Below are positions 7,401 through 14,440 of a stretch of DNA of 64,000 nucleotides, in pieces; the stretch's first letter is position 1, and each line of letters starts with the position of its first letter. This DNA comes from a virus. The DNA lies in the IMG/VR virus record IMGVR_UViG_3300037473_000389, positions 429 to 64,428 of that record. One strand, given 5' to 3'. Both the position numbers and the translations under genes were made by a program. The notes beneath the pieces were generated by a model, which saw only the letters and a list, made by a program, of their open reading frames with translations, had not been told where the DNA came from and made no database searches.

Positions 7401-10190
7401 GTCGTTCGAGATCTTCAGGACCCGGTTGTTGCCGATGTCGAAGGCGACGCCCCGAGTACCCTGCCCGATCTGCTTCGCGGCGTTTCCATTGATTCCCTTC
7501 TTGGCGAGCTTCTCGAGGTTCCTGTTGATGAAGTTCTTCGCCCCAGCCGTGTCGATGCCCAGGGCCTTGCCAGCGGCATCCTTCGGGACCTTGCGTTGGC
7601 TCGCCGGGATGGGGGGAGGACCGGCCTCGATCAGGTTCGAGACCACGCCGACGATCGACTCAAGGTTCGCCACCTGTTGCTTCGGGGACTTTGAGTAACC
7701 AAGATCGATGAGGACGTGCTCAGATCCCCGCATCATGACGTTCCCACCGTGGAAGTCCCTGAACTGGATCTTGGCCGCCTTGAGTTGGGCGACGATCTTG
7801 TCCATCTGGTACTTCCGCTGGAGGACCATGATCTCCTTCCGGATCCGGGCGATCGACTCGGGAGTCGCCTCCTCGTCCTCCCTCGCTCCCTCCATGGCGT
7901 AATCGACGATCTCTTTCCAGTCACCCAGTTTCCAGAGATCGCTGAACATCCCAGACTCGACCTCGATGTCGGTCACGAACTCAGTAAACTCGTTCTTGTC
8001 CTGAGGTGGGATGGGTTGAAGCTTCTCCTGCCAGATGCCAAAGTACGGAGTCTCGGGGAAACGAAACACGTCGAACACCTTCACGATGTTCGGGAAGTCC
8101 TTCCCCTTGATGACCATCGAGGAGTTGGCCTCCTTGTCGTCTTTCGTGACCTTCAGGACGGTCTGTCCGAGGTCGAACGCCACGCCGTTCCCACCGACGC
8201 CCAACGGCTTCGCGTTGGAGACATCGATCTTCCTCTGGGCGAGCTTCTGGGCGTTGTCCTGGACGACCTGAGCCATCTGCGTAGCCTTCTCTGGAGATAG
8301 CTTTTTCGGTCCGACACTACCGGCCTCGGTAAGATTGAATGTCTTGAGTTTCGCGGGATTGCTTGCCCAGTAGATCTTCTCCATGCCCACTGGATTGCCT
8401 GGGTTGATGGCCTGAGCGGACCCCTTGGTTGCACCAGAATATGAGCCACGAAGGATCGCCATGAAGGGTCCCTCACGCTCAGCAGTCGCGGCCGTCGTGG
8501 CATAGACCAACGCGATCTTTGGATTCGCCGACCAGTATCCCTTCTTGTCGACTCCGTCAAGATCGGCCTGACCCTCCTGTCTTGAGGGATCACCACCCAA
8601 CCTCTTCAGGGCCTGGGCGTCCAGTCCACGCAGGCCCCTGAACACAGGGGTTGGTTGTCCCGCGTCCTCATGCATCTTCTTTGTATCCTTCACCTTGGCG
8701 TCTCCGGCGAGCTTCTCCAGCCCGTTCTGGCCCAGCATGATCTTGACGAGCCCGACCTTCTGGGTCAGTTCATCTGGCATCTTCTCGAGGACGTCGACCA
8801 TTCCCTGCATCCCAGAGATGGTTTCCTCCATCTCGTCGAACGCGGCCTGCGTACGGGCCTTGACGACATCCGACATCTCCCTTTCACGACCGTCCTTCGA
8901 CCTGAAGATGATCTTCCCGTCCTTTCTCGATTCCCAGTCTCGCTTGACGACCTCAAACTCGACCTCTGTCTTCTCAAGGACGTTCCGGAACCGAGAGAGG
9001 AAATCGCCCCTCATCAGTCCCTCGTCCTGGACGTACCGGGCGATCAAGGTGTCAAGCTCCTCGGGGTTGCCGGGCTTGCCATAATTTCGTTGAAGGTACG
9101 AGACGAACTGGCTAGTCTTCGCGACCGGGGATCCCATGACCTCCTCGGCGATATAGTTCTTGAGCCGTTGCCCGATCCCCGGAACCCACTTCTCGCCGAC
9201 CTTCACCCCACGCCCGAGGAGCTCACGGTAGAACCACATGAACTTGTTCAGGGAGGTGAAAAAATCGCGGTCGACAAGCTTGACCATCTGGCCAGATTCG
9301 AGATCCCTGAACACCAGGCCCTCGATGTCGCCGCCATCCTTTCCGTACGTCGGCCGTTGTTTCCTCATCTGGTCGAGGAGCTTGTCCTTGACCGCAAGCT
9401 GGATGTCCTTGAAGCGGGCCATTGCGGCTTGCTTCGGACCGTGCGTCCGGATCTTCTTCAGCTCCTTCCGGACGTCGTCGAGAGACTGGAACTCCTCCTC
9501 GACATCGACCATGAGCTGGTCATGTGGGATCACCCGCTTGTATTCAAGGAGCCACGTGTCCTTCCCGTCGGAAAGCTTGTTCCCGACCCGACCGATGAAC
9601 TTGTTCGTGATCCTCTTGGCCGCCTGATCCGGCAACACCTGGGTGTCTTGCATCACCACGCCGTGTACCATGATCACGTTCGGGCCATATTCGATCGAGT
9701 TGGGAACGTGCGTGAACAGGATCTCGCAGACGAACTCCCGGGGACCTGGCGGCCAGGCGGCCACGATCTTTTCTCGGTGGCTCTCGAGCGCACGGTGGGC
9801 CATGCGGATGGCGTCCCACACGTGGCTCTTGGGATACTCGGTCGAGGCGTGCCTCCTTGGACCGTTCTTGCTCTTGGTCCAGAGGCGTCCGTTCTCCACC
9901 CCAAAAGACATCCGCGCAGACCCGTCGACCTTCTCAGAGACCTCCAGCCCACCCTCGAGAGGTAGCTTCCGATACTTGTCAAGGAACCTGATAAACTCGT
10001 CGGGAGAGAGATCGTCAAGATGCTGGATGGATTTCGGGAGAGGGTCGACAGTCGCCTCGTCGACGGGATCCTCGGGGCGCATCTCGGGTGGGACGGGATA
10101 ACCGGGCACCCCGATGTTGCGGGCCGACCGTTCTCCGCCTGCCGCGGAGCTCGTGACGGCCTCGACCAACTTTGAGAGGAGGTCGGCCAT
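4476..10190 (-). CDS. 1904-aa multi-enzyme (polyvalent) protein: ligase-fold nucleotidyltransferase, ART-like domain, four kinase-like domains and a NadM-like adenylyl/cytidylyltransferase
   Basis: KVDG (K87), EGLVFRD and MVKL; VFRG...YWSANPKIALVYA; four Gly-loop/VLK/DxHxxN/(I/N)D(L/I)G repeats; GRFQPFHKGH...KNPFS...ISGTQVR. Confidence 0.85.
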   Translation of the reverse strand: MADLLSKLVEAVTSSAAGGERSARNIGVPGYPVPPEMRPEDPVDEATVDPLPKSIQHLDDLSPDEFIRFLDKYRKLPLEGGLEVSEKVDGSARMSFGVENGRLWTKSKNGPRRHASTEYPKSHVWDAIRMAHRALESHREKIVAAWPPGPREFVCEILFTHVPNSIEYGPNVIMVHGVVMQDTQVLPDQAAKRITNKFIGRVGNKLSDGKDTWLLEYKRVIPHDQLMVDVEEEFQSLDDVRKELKKIRTHGPKQAAMARFKDIQLAVKDKLLDQMRKQRPTYGKDGGDIEGLVFRDLESGQMVKLVDRDFFTSLNKFMWFYRELLGRGVKVGEKWVPGIGQRLKNYIAEEVMGSPVAKTSQFVSYLQRNYGKPGNPEELDTLIARYVQDEGLMRGDFLSRFRNVLEKTEVEFEVVKRDWESRKDGKIIFRSKDGREREMSDVVKARTQAAFDEMEETISGMQGMVDVLEKMPDELTQKVGLVKIMLGQNGLEKLAGDAKVKDTKKMHEDAGQPTPVFRGLRGLDAQALKRLGGDPSRQEGQADLDGVDKKGYWSANPKIALVYATTAATAEREGPFMAILRGSYSGATKGSAQAINPGNPVGMEKIYWASNPAKLKTFNLTEAGSVGPKKLSPEKATQMAQVVQDNAQKLAQRKIDVSNAKPLGVGGNGVAFDLGQTVLKVTKDDKEANSSMVIKGKDFPNIVKVFDVFRFPETPYFGIWQEKLQPIPPQDKNEFTEFVTDIEVESGMFSDLWKLGDWKEIVDYAMEGAREDEEATPESIARIRKEIMVLQRKYQMDKIVAQLKAAKIQFRDFHGGNVMMRGSEHVLIDLGYSKSPKQQVANLESIVGVVSNLIEAGPPPIPASQRKVPKDAAGKALGIDTAGAKNFINRNLEKLAKKGINGNAAKQIGQGTRGVAFDIGNNRVLKISNDVQEAIAANKLKEFNLKHVVRFFDVFRFPEEDPKLGHVYGVVQEKLIPLGGADSSNQQVSGESAELNNALIKLQLPQTIYKSGYDWDRTKQMVAEFVQSEIKRKYPQFSSDDIDRKYAEKYAAEMNGYWKICTQKFHIGDMVQELSAKGVKFHDYHAGNIMKRPNGEYVLIDIGYSKVAGGKEPGVLERVMEAIIEDLQPDEFGTQVVQGDADLLKAKKGIDISKLKFIAAGGMGAAYDMGGGKVLKITSDPSEAVTAQAIKGKNLEHIYRVYDVFRFKEEDDGIQPVYAIVQEKLFPIRETLGNWAFSLALLRQFLAPKHRPIAWEEARAGVIAERNRTSKKQDGQLYADILEKMGVGDIVDELAKLGIVFFDYHPGNIMKRADGTPVVIDLGVSTVPNAVDPPVLERVIESFISELSISGPVDFNPEDRSDDVEKFGKVAEDGSKADTVGVTIGRFQPFHKGHAEIIRKLATKFTKVVIIVAGNRPDAKNPFSYELRRELMEMSLPDVEPKLEVYKAEVDGKATGYLPGILNRIIVDKDSSVEYDTAITILVGPDRYDDVKRMISTAKKGDGQYFDPGLAVVEKMPDVTNDDQAGRISGTQVRAALVANKKDQVGQLLDPHVLSDKTAFDDIYQRMRDEMSRFVQLRELREDASNSPNLDAVGGVVGMGEILAQNADVIQRARGIDVTNAKILGNGQMGVAFEVPGNRVLKLTTDHEEAKTAAYLKGKSKDHITKFFDVFGLKATKDSGHPVYCVLEEKLVPLDENEQREFNDFAINYLRSNEVVNTTATKPFKDVWEKVREVVINDVIRDLGLSREIDVSKQPGHDMAPGVVKRVNRAQGLIVKTLEELKEIVQKYQIDKMVDELREMNIQFADFHGGNVMKRGQNYVINDLGKSKSPGVEPPQIEMIVREFVELLGERPVGGVGGGYGDAQAGVKAGSSGWSSSRNMTDKDEPEDMTWQEMIPDPNLKMRP

Positions 10191-10198
10191 CGATCACC

Positions 10199-10543
10199 TC
10201 ACTGGTTTTTCTTGTTGACGGACTCGAGGATGTCCTCGGTCCGGGCGTCGATCTCGTCGATCTTCTCGGCCGCGACGTCGAGAGCGGCGGTGAGCATGTG
10301 AAGCTCGGAGCGGGGACCATACACGAGGGGGAAACCCTCGTCGTTGACACGGGTGGTGGTCGTGTGGATGTCCCTGATCATCTGGCTGGCCTCGGGGGAC
10401 AGCTCGACGATCGTGACTCCCTTCTCCTTGCTCGCGGTAAGCTTCTTGAAGCCCCACGTGATGAGGGATTCGATGATCTTCAGGAGCCCCATCGCAAGGG
10501 CCAGAAGTCCCGCGGTGACTGTCGGATCGGATTCGGCGGACAT
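10199..10543 (-). CDS. Small membrane protein (single N-terminal TM), holin-like
   Basis: TAGLLALAMGLLKIIESLITWGF hydrophobic segment, then a charged coiled-coil. Confidence 0.55.
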   Translation of the reverse strand: MSAESDPTVTAGLLALAMGLLKIIESLITWGFKKLTASKEKGVTIVELSPEASQMIRDIHTTTTRVNDEGFPLVYGPRSELHMLTAALDVAAEKIDEIDARTEDILESVNKKNQ

Positions 10544-10548
10544 CTTGT

Positions 10549-11250
10549 TTACTCCTCGTAGAGCGAGCTACCGAACCCGTTCGGAGCGCTCTCTTCTGCC
10601 GGGCTTTGTTCCGCCTCGGTCACGTCATCAGGTTCCTCGGCGGGAGCCGAGAGAGAATCGAAAAGTGAGCAGAGGTTGGACCTGTCACCGATCACCAGCG
10701 GATCGAACATACGCTGGGAGTTGAGCTCGACCAGCTTCCCGACCAACCACGAGACGTCCTTGGCGACCTGTGGCTTCTGCAGTTCTGGTCCCGTCGGAGT
10801 GGCAGCGAAGACCCCGATCCGCTGGGTGCTCTCGTGTCCGAGCTTCTTCAGGAACGCCGATGTGCACTCAAGCATCACCAGGATCGATCCCGCGGAGAAC
10901 GGCTCGCCCAGTCCGGACACGATGAAGATCCGTTCTGGTTTCCCGAGGATGTCTGGAAATCGCTTGTAGATGTCCATCTGTCGCCTGACCGCCAGAGCCT
11001 CTCCCTCGGGCATGGTGGTCACCGATCCGTCCAGATAGAGCTTACGCTGACGGGGGATGTCGATCGGCGTGATCTCCTCGCTCCCGACCAGAAACACGTT
11101 CTGAAATCCAGACTTAAACATGGACTCCACGAGCACGCCACCGGTGGCACCCATGCCGATGATGGCAAAAGACGAGTCCGCGCCGGGGACTGGTGTCACC
11201 TCCTCGGTGTCGGCGGGCTGCTCGTCGTGCTCGTGGAGTCCCTCGGGCAT
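10549..11250 (-). CDS. Degenerate tubulin/FtsZ-like GTPase-domain protein
   Basis: AIIGMGATGG (T1-like), FIVSGLGEPFSAGS (T4 loop lacking GGGTG), GVFAATP...E, DPLVIGDRS; start taken at MPEGL, just after the upstream stop. Confidence 0.6.
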   Translation of the reverse strand: MPEGLHEHDEQPADTEEVTPVPGADSSFAIIGMGATGGVLVESMFKSGFQNVFLVGSEEITPIDIPRQRKLYLDGSVTTMPEGEALAVRRQMDIYKRFPDILGKPERIFIVSGLGEPFSAGSILVMLECTSAFLKKLGHESTQRIGVFAATPTGPELQKPQVAKDVSWLVGKLVELNSQRMFDPLVIGDRSNLCSLFDSLSAPAEEPDDVTEAEQSPAEESAPNGFGSSLYEE

Positions 11251-11251
11251 G

Positions 11252-11749
11252 TCAGATCTTCTTGAAAGTGGCGCCCGAGCCGTAGCTGGGTGGAGCGTTC
11301 TTGGCCGACTCCTCCTCACGTTCCTTCTGGAGGAGAGCCTGCTCGACTGGAGACACGATGTCGGCGAGAGCCTTGCCCGCCTCGGTCAGCTTGTCGAGGG
11401 CGGCACGAAGGGCCGGGCCTGACTTTCCGAGGTTGAACTCGGGGTTGCCATCGACCGTCTCGAGGAACTGGGACATGGCGGCCGCCTCGGAAGACGCCTC
11501 GGCGGCGACCTCACGAAGCTTGGCGACGAAGTCCTGAGGATCGTGAAGCTTGTCAGGGGTGACCGCCTCTCGAATCTTGAAAATTTCTGTGAGCTTTGGC
11601 ATGAGCACTTCCTCTACGCTGGGGTTTCCATCGTCGATCGGCTCCTCGCCAGATTCGATGGCAAGTTCGTTTCCAATCTCGTTCATGTAGGCGGCGTAAA
11701 GTCGCCCGACATCTTCAGACGAGAGATGCATCTTCTTCTCAGATCTCAT
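11252..11749 (-). CDS. Hypothetical helical protein, probably head-internal
   Basis: 165 aa, IRE/LRE motifs, coupled to neighbours. Confidence 0.7.
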   Translation of the reverse strand: MRSEKKMHLSSEDVGRLYAAYMNEIGNELAIESGEEPIDDGNPSVEEVLMPKLTEIFKIREAVTPDKLHDPQDFVAKLREVAAEASSEAAAMSQFLETVDGNPEFNLGKSGPALRAALDKLTEAGKALADIVSPVEQALLQKEREEESAKNAPPSYGSGATFKKI

Positions 11750-12284
11750 TGTGAAGTTGGTTCCTGAAGAGGAACTTCACGACTCCCGTCTTGGTCACGA
11801 GGATGCGCAACGGATCCGGCGTGTTGTCGAAGGTCAGCACGATCTCCTGGGCGCCTGGCAAGACCTTGCTCTTCGGCTCCTGGGTGATCGACTGGACGGA
11901 TTTGCCGACGAGGAGGTCGGACAGCTTCTTCTTGGCGTCCTTCTCCTGGTCCTCGACATCATCGTCTCCTTCCTCGGAGTCCTTCTCGAGCTCGTCGTCC
12001 GCCGGATCTTGCTCGTCCGGCTGGACGTTCGGATCGTCTTGCTGGGCGTCATCCGGAGCGGGAGAGGCTGACTTCTTGGACTTCGGAGAGGCCCCGTTGT
12101 CCGGGCTTCCCTGGGGCTGCTGGGCGTCCTTCTTGCCGGCAACCTCCTTCTCTTTCTCGTCGTCGTGAGCGTCGGCCACCTCTGGAGCAGCCTCGGACAT
12201 GAGCTCGTCCACCCGGCGGACGAATTCCTCTCGGATGATCTTCTCGATCTTGGCTCTGGACACGACCTTCTTGGGGATCTTCAT
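11739..12284 (-). CDS. Acidic hypothetical protein, probably head-internal
   Basis: IIREE and LMSE motifs, D/E/Q-rich linker; first gene after a TACTTAG motif. Confidence 0.7.
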   Translation of the reverse strand: MKIPKKVVSRAKIEKIIREEFVRRVDELMSEAAPEVADAHDDEKEKEVAGKKDAQQPQGSPDNGASPKSKKSASPAPDDAQQDDPNVQPDEQDPADDELEKDSEEGDDDVEDQEKDAKKKLSDLLVGKSVQSITQEPKSKVLPGAQEIVLTFDNTPDPLRILVTKTGVVKFLFRNQLHNEI

Positions 12285-12306
12285 CGTCTTCGTTGGCCTC
12301 TATCTG

Positions 12307-12313
12307 CTAAGTA
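12307..12313 (-). promoter_or_regulatory. TACTTAG putative late promoter
   Basis: Intergenic, 23 nt upstream of the ATG at 12284. Confidence 0.6.
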
Positions 12314-12339
12314 GAGACCGATGTCCCTTTCGGACCAGA

Positions 12340-12936
12340 TCAGCCCTTTTCCTGGATCGTGCTATACATGTCGGCCCAGTGCAGGAAGAGGGCCAGTTCT
12401 GGTTCCTTCATCCGGTAGTTCCTGTTCGTCTCGTCGTACTGTCCGTCGTTCAGACGGATCGCCAGATATTCGTCATTTTCCAGAACGATTCCATGCCTTT
12501 GGAGGGTGTAGAGGCTTCGTTCGGACGTCGGCATGAACGGGCAGTCCTTGTTGGTCTCGTAGAGCTTCCCGACCTTCTCTCGGTGCCAGTCAGAGGGGTT
12601 CGGAACATAGAGTGGTTCACCCTCCACTCCGGCCTTCCCGAGATCGTGGAAGAGTCCGACGAACGAGATGGTGGCCGCGTCATACTTCCCGGGGGCCATG
12701 GCGTCACAGATCTTCTTGAGGTTCTTGACCACGTTCAGGCTGTGTTGGCAGAGGCCACCCGGGTAGCATGAGTGATACTCTTCCCTACCAGAGGCGGGAG
12801 CCGTGAAGTACTGCTCTCCCACCCAACCTTCCATCATCTTCTTGACAAGACCTGCCCGTGGTTCCGGCATCTTGTCGATGAGCTTCATCACGAGCTCGAT
12901 GTTCTTGATCTTCTGGTCTTCATTCGGTTGCGTCAC
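12340..12936 (-). CDS. HD-domain phosphohydrolase (YhaM-like)
   Basis: APAS...YHSCYPGGLCQHSLNV...FHDLGK; likely GTG start at 12936, overlapping the end of the polymerase gene. Confidence 0.85.
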   Translation of the reverse strand: MTQPNEDQKIKNIELVMKLIDKMPEPRAGLVKKMMEGWVGEQYFTAPASGREEYHSCYPGGLCQHSLNVVKNLKKICDAMAPGKYDAATISFVGLFHDLGKAGVEGEPLYVPNPSDWHREKVGKLYETNKDCPFMPTSERSLYTLQRHGIVLENDEYLAIRLNDGQYDETNRNYRMKEPELALFLHWADMYSTIQEKG

Positions 12937-14398
12937 GGTAGTTCTTTCCTTTCGAAATCTCAGCCACGAGGTTCCACCCGAACTCCGCCCGCTGTAGCTC
13001 GGACAACACGACAGATGGGACATCCGTCTCTTCGGGATGCACGTCCAGGACGACCTCATCGTGGACCGTGAAGAGCACGACGCTCCTACGTCCTCGCATG
13101 TTCTCCACGATACGAACCAACGCCCTGTTGAACATCAACGAACTGTAACCCTGGGCGTACAGGCCAAGCACCTTGCCGGGATGGTCGTCCTTCTCTGTAA
13201 GTATCCTTCTTCCATCAGGAAGTTCGACATAACCCGATCGTTGGGATGTCTCGTAGAGCCTCGTCCTGAGCATGTGCACGGGAGCGAGCTCTCGATCGAA
13301 TATCTCGATGACCCGCCGAACGTTCTTCTCCGAGAGCCCAGAACGTTCGGCGGCGGTCTCGATCGATCCACCGTAGATCGAGATGTACGTCAACGCCTTG
13401 ATTGCCGAGCGTAACTCTGGTGTCACCCTGGATTGGTCTCCGAACACCGACAGGCAGTTGACCATGTGGAAGTCACGGCGGCTCTCGTACCTCTCCCTGA
13501 ACGTCGGGTCATCGACGGAAGCGACGATACAACGATAATCCACGGCGTTGAGGTCGATCGAATAGATCTCCCCGTCTGGGTGTCTGCTCACGATCGCTTC
13601 TCGTGCGACGCCCTTCGGGATCGCCAGTGGATTGAAGACCCTGCCCTCGGTGCCATCCACGCCGATCCGATAAGTCCGGGTGGCGTAGGGCACGAATCTC
13701 GTGTGGACGAACCCATCGTCTTCCAGCAACGAGATGTTCGTAAAGTACTTCCGCAGGTGAGGTGGCTGCTCACGTTGCAGACTCTCTTCCACGAGCTTGA
13801 CGTCGACCTTGATGCGGTTCTGTTCGATCTCCATGAGGGCTGTCGTGAGATAGAGCCCCTCGTTCTCCCAGTCGGCCACAATCCCATGGAGGTCTGTCTC
13901 CATGATGTTGTCGAGAAGACGGAGAGACGCGTGGCAACGAAGCTTGAGCATCTTCTGGACGAACGTTCCGGGGATCAGCTTAAGCATGGAATGCTCGGTG
14001 AGATCGATGCCCACCGTCTTGGCCGATCGGACGTGAGAGGAGAACCGCTGATCGAGCTCGATCATCTCACGATGGGTGTTCTCATCGAGGTGTTTCTTGG
14101 CGAGTGCGAAGATGGACTCTCCCCCGCCAAAGAGGGTCTTGATGTCGTACAACCATGGGATCTTGGAAATGAAGACGGGAGAGAGGCCGAGATGTTGCAG
14201 CTTCTTCAGATCGTAGATGGCCTTGCGGCGGGAGCCCAAGAGGATCTTGACGACCAGCTCATCGAATTCCTGCCTACCATCATCGAAGACGAAGAAGAAC
14301 TGTCCTCCGGCGAACAGGGCGAGCCCTGTCGTCCCAGACATGTCACGGAAGACGTCGATCCCGATCGGATTTTTTTGGCAGACGTCCAGCAGATCCAC
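12920..14398 (-). CDS. polA: Short family A DNA polymerase
   Basis: Motif A YSIDLNAVDYR, motif B RSAIKALTYISIYG, motif C TVHDEVV; N-terminal exonuclease region degenerate. Confidence 0.85.
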   Translation of the reverse strand: MDLLDVCQKNPIGIDVFRDMSGTTGLALFAGGQFFFVFDDGRQEFDELVVKILLGSRRKAIYDLKKLQHLGLSPVFISKIPWLYDIKTLFGGGESIFALAKKHLDENTHREMIELDQRFSSHVRSAKTVGIDLTEHSMLKLIPGTFVQKMLKLRCHASLRLLDNIMETDLHGIVADWENEGLYLTTALMEIEQNRIKVDVKLVEESLQREQPPHLRKYFTNISLLEDDGFVHTRFVPYATRTYRIGVDGTEGRVFNPLAIPKGVAREAIVSRHPDGEIYSIDLNAVDYRCIVASVDDPTFRERYESRRDFHMVNCLSVFGDQSRVTPELRSAIKALTYISIYGGSIETAAERSGLSEKNVRRVIEIFDRELAPVHMLRTRLYETSQRSGYVELPDGRRILTEKDDHPGKVLGLYAQGYSSLMFNRALVRIVENMRGRRSVVLFTVHDEVVLDVHPEETDVPSVVLSELQRAEFGWNLVAEISKGKNYRDATE

Positions 14399-14405
14399 GG
14401 ATACA

Positions 14406-14434
14406 AGTATAACACAATCCGTGAATTACGGGAA
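14406..14434 (-). promoter_or_regulatory. Sigma70-type promoter for polA, probably producing a leaderless mRNA
   Basis: Minus strand TTCCCG-17 nt-TATACT with extended -10 TG; 7 nt separate the -10 from the GTG start at 14398. Confidence 0.65.
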
Positions 14435-14440
14435 CAGTTT

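Noticed and set aside
12937-13059. ORF-track N-terminal extensions (HD protein, tubulin-like, MT-A70, bS21, 35849 endonuclease, protease, RuvC-like)
   Set aside because: They overlap upstream genes or RNAs and lack plausible sequence; downstream starts were used instead.
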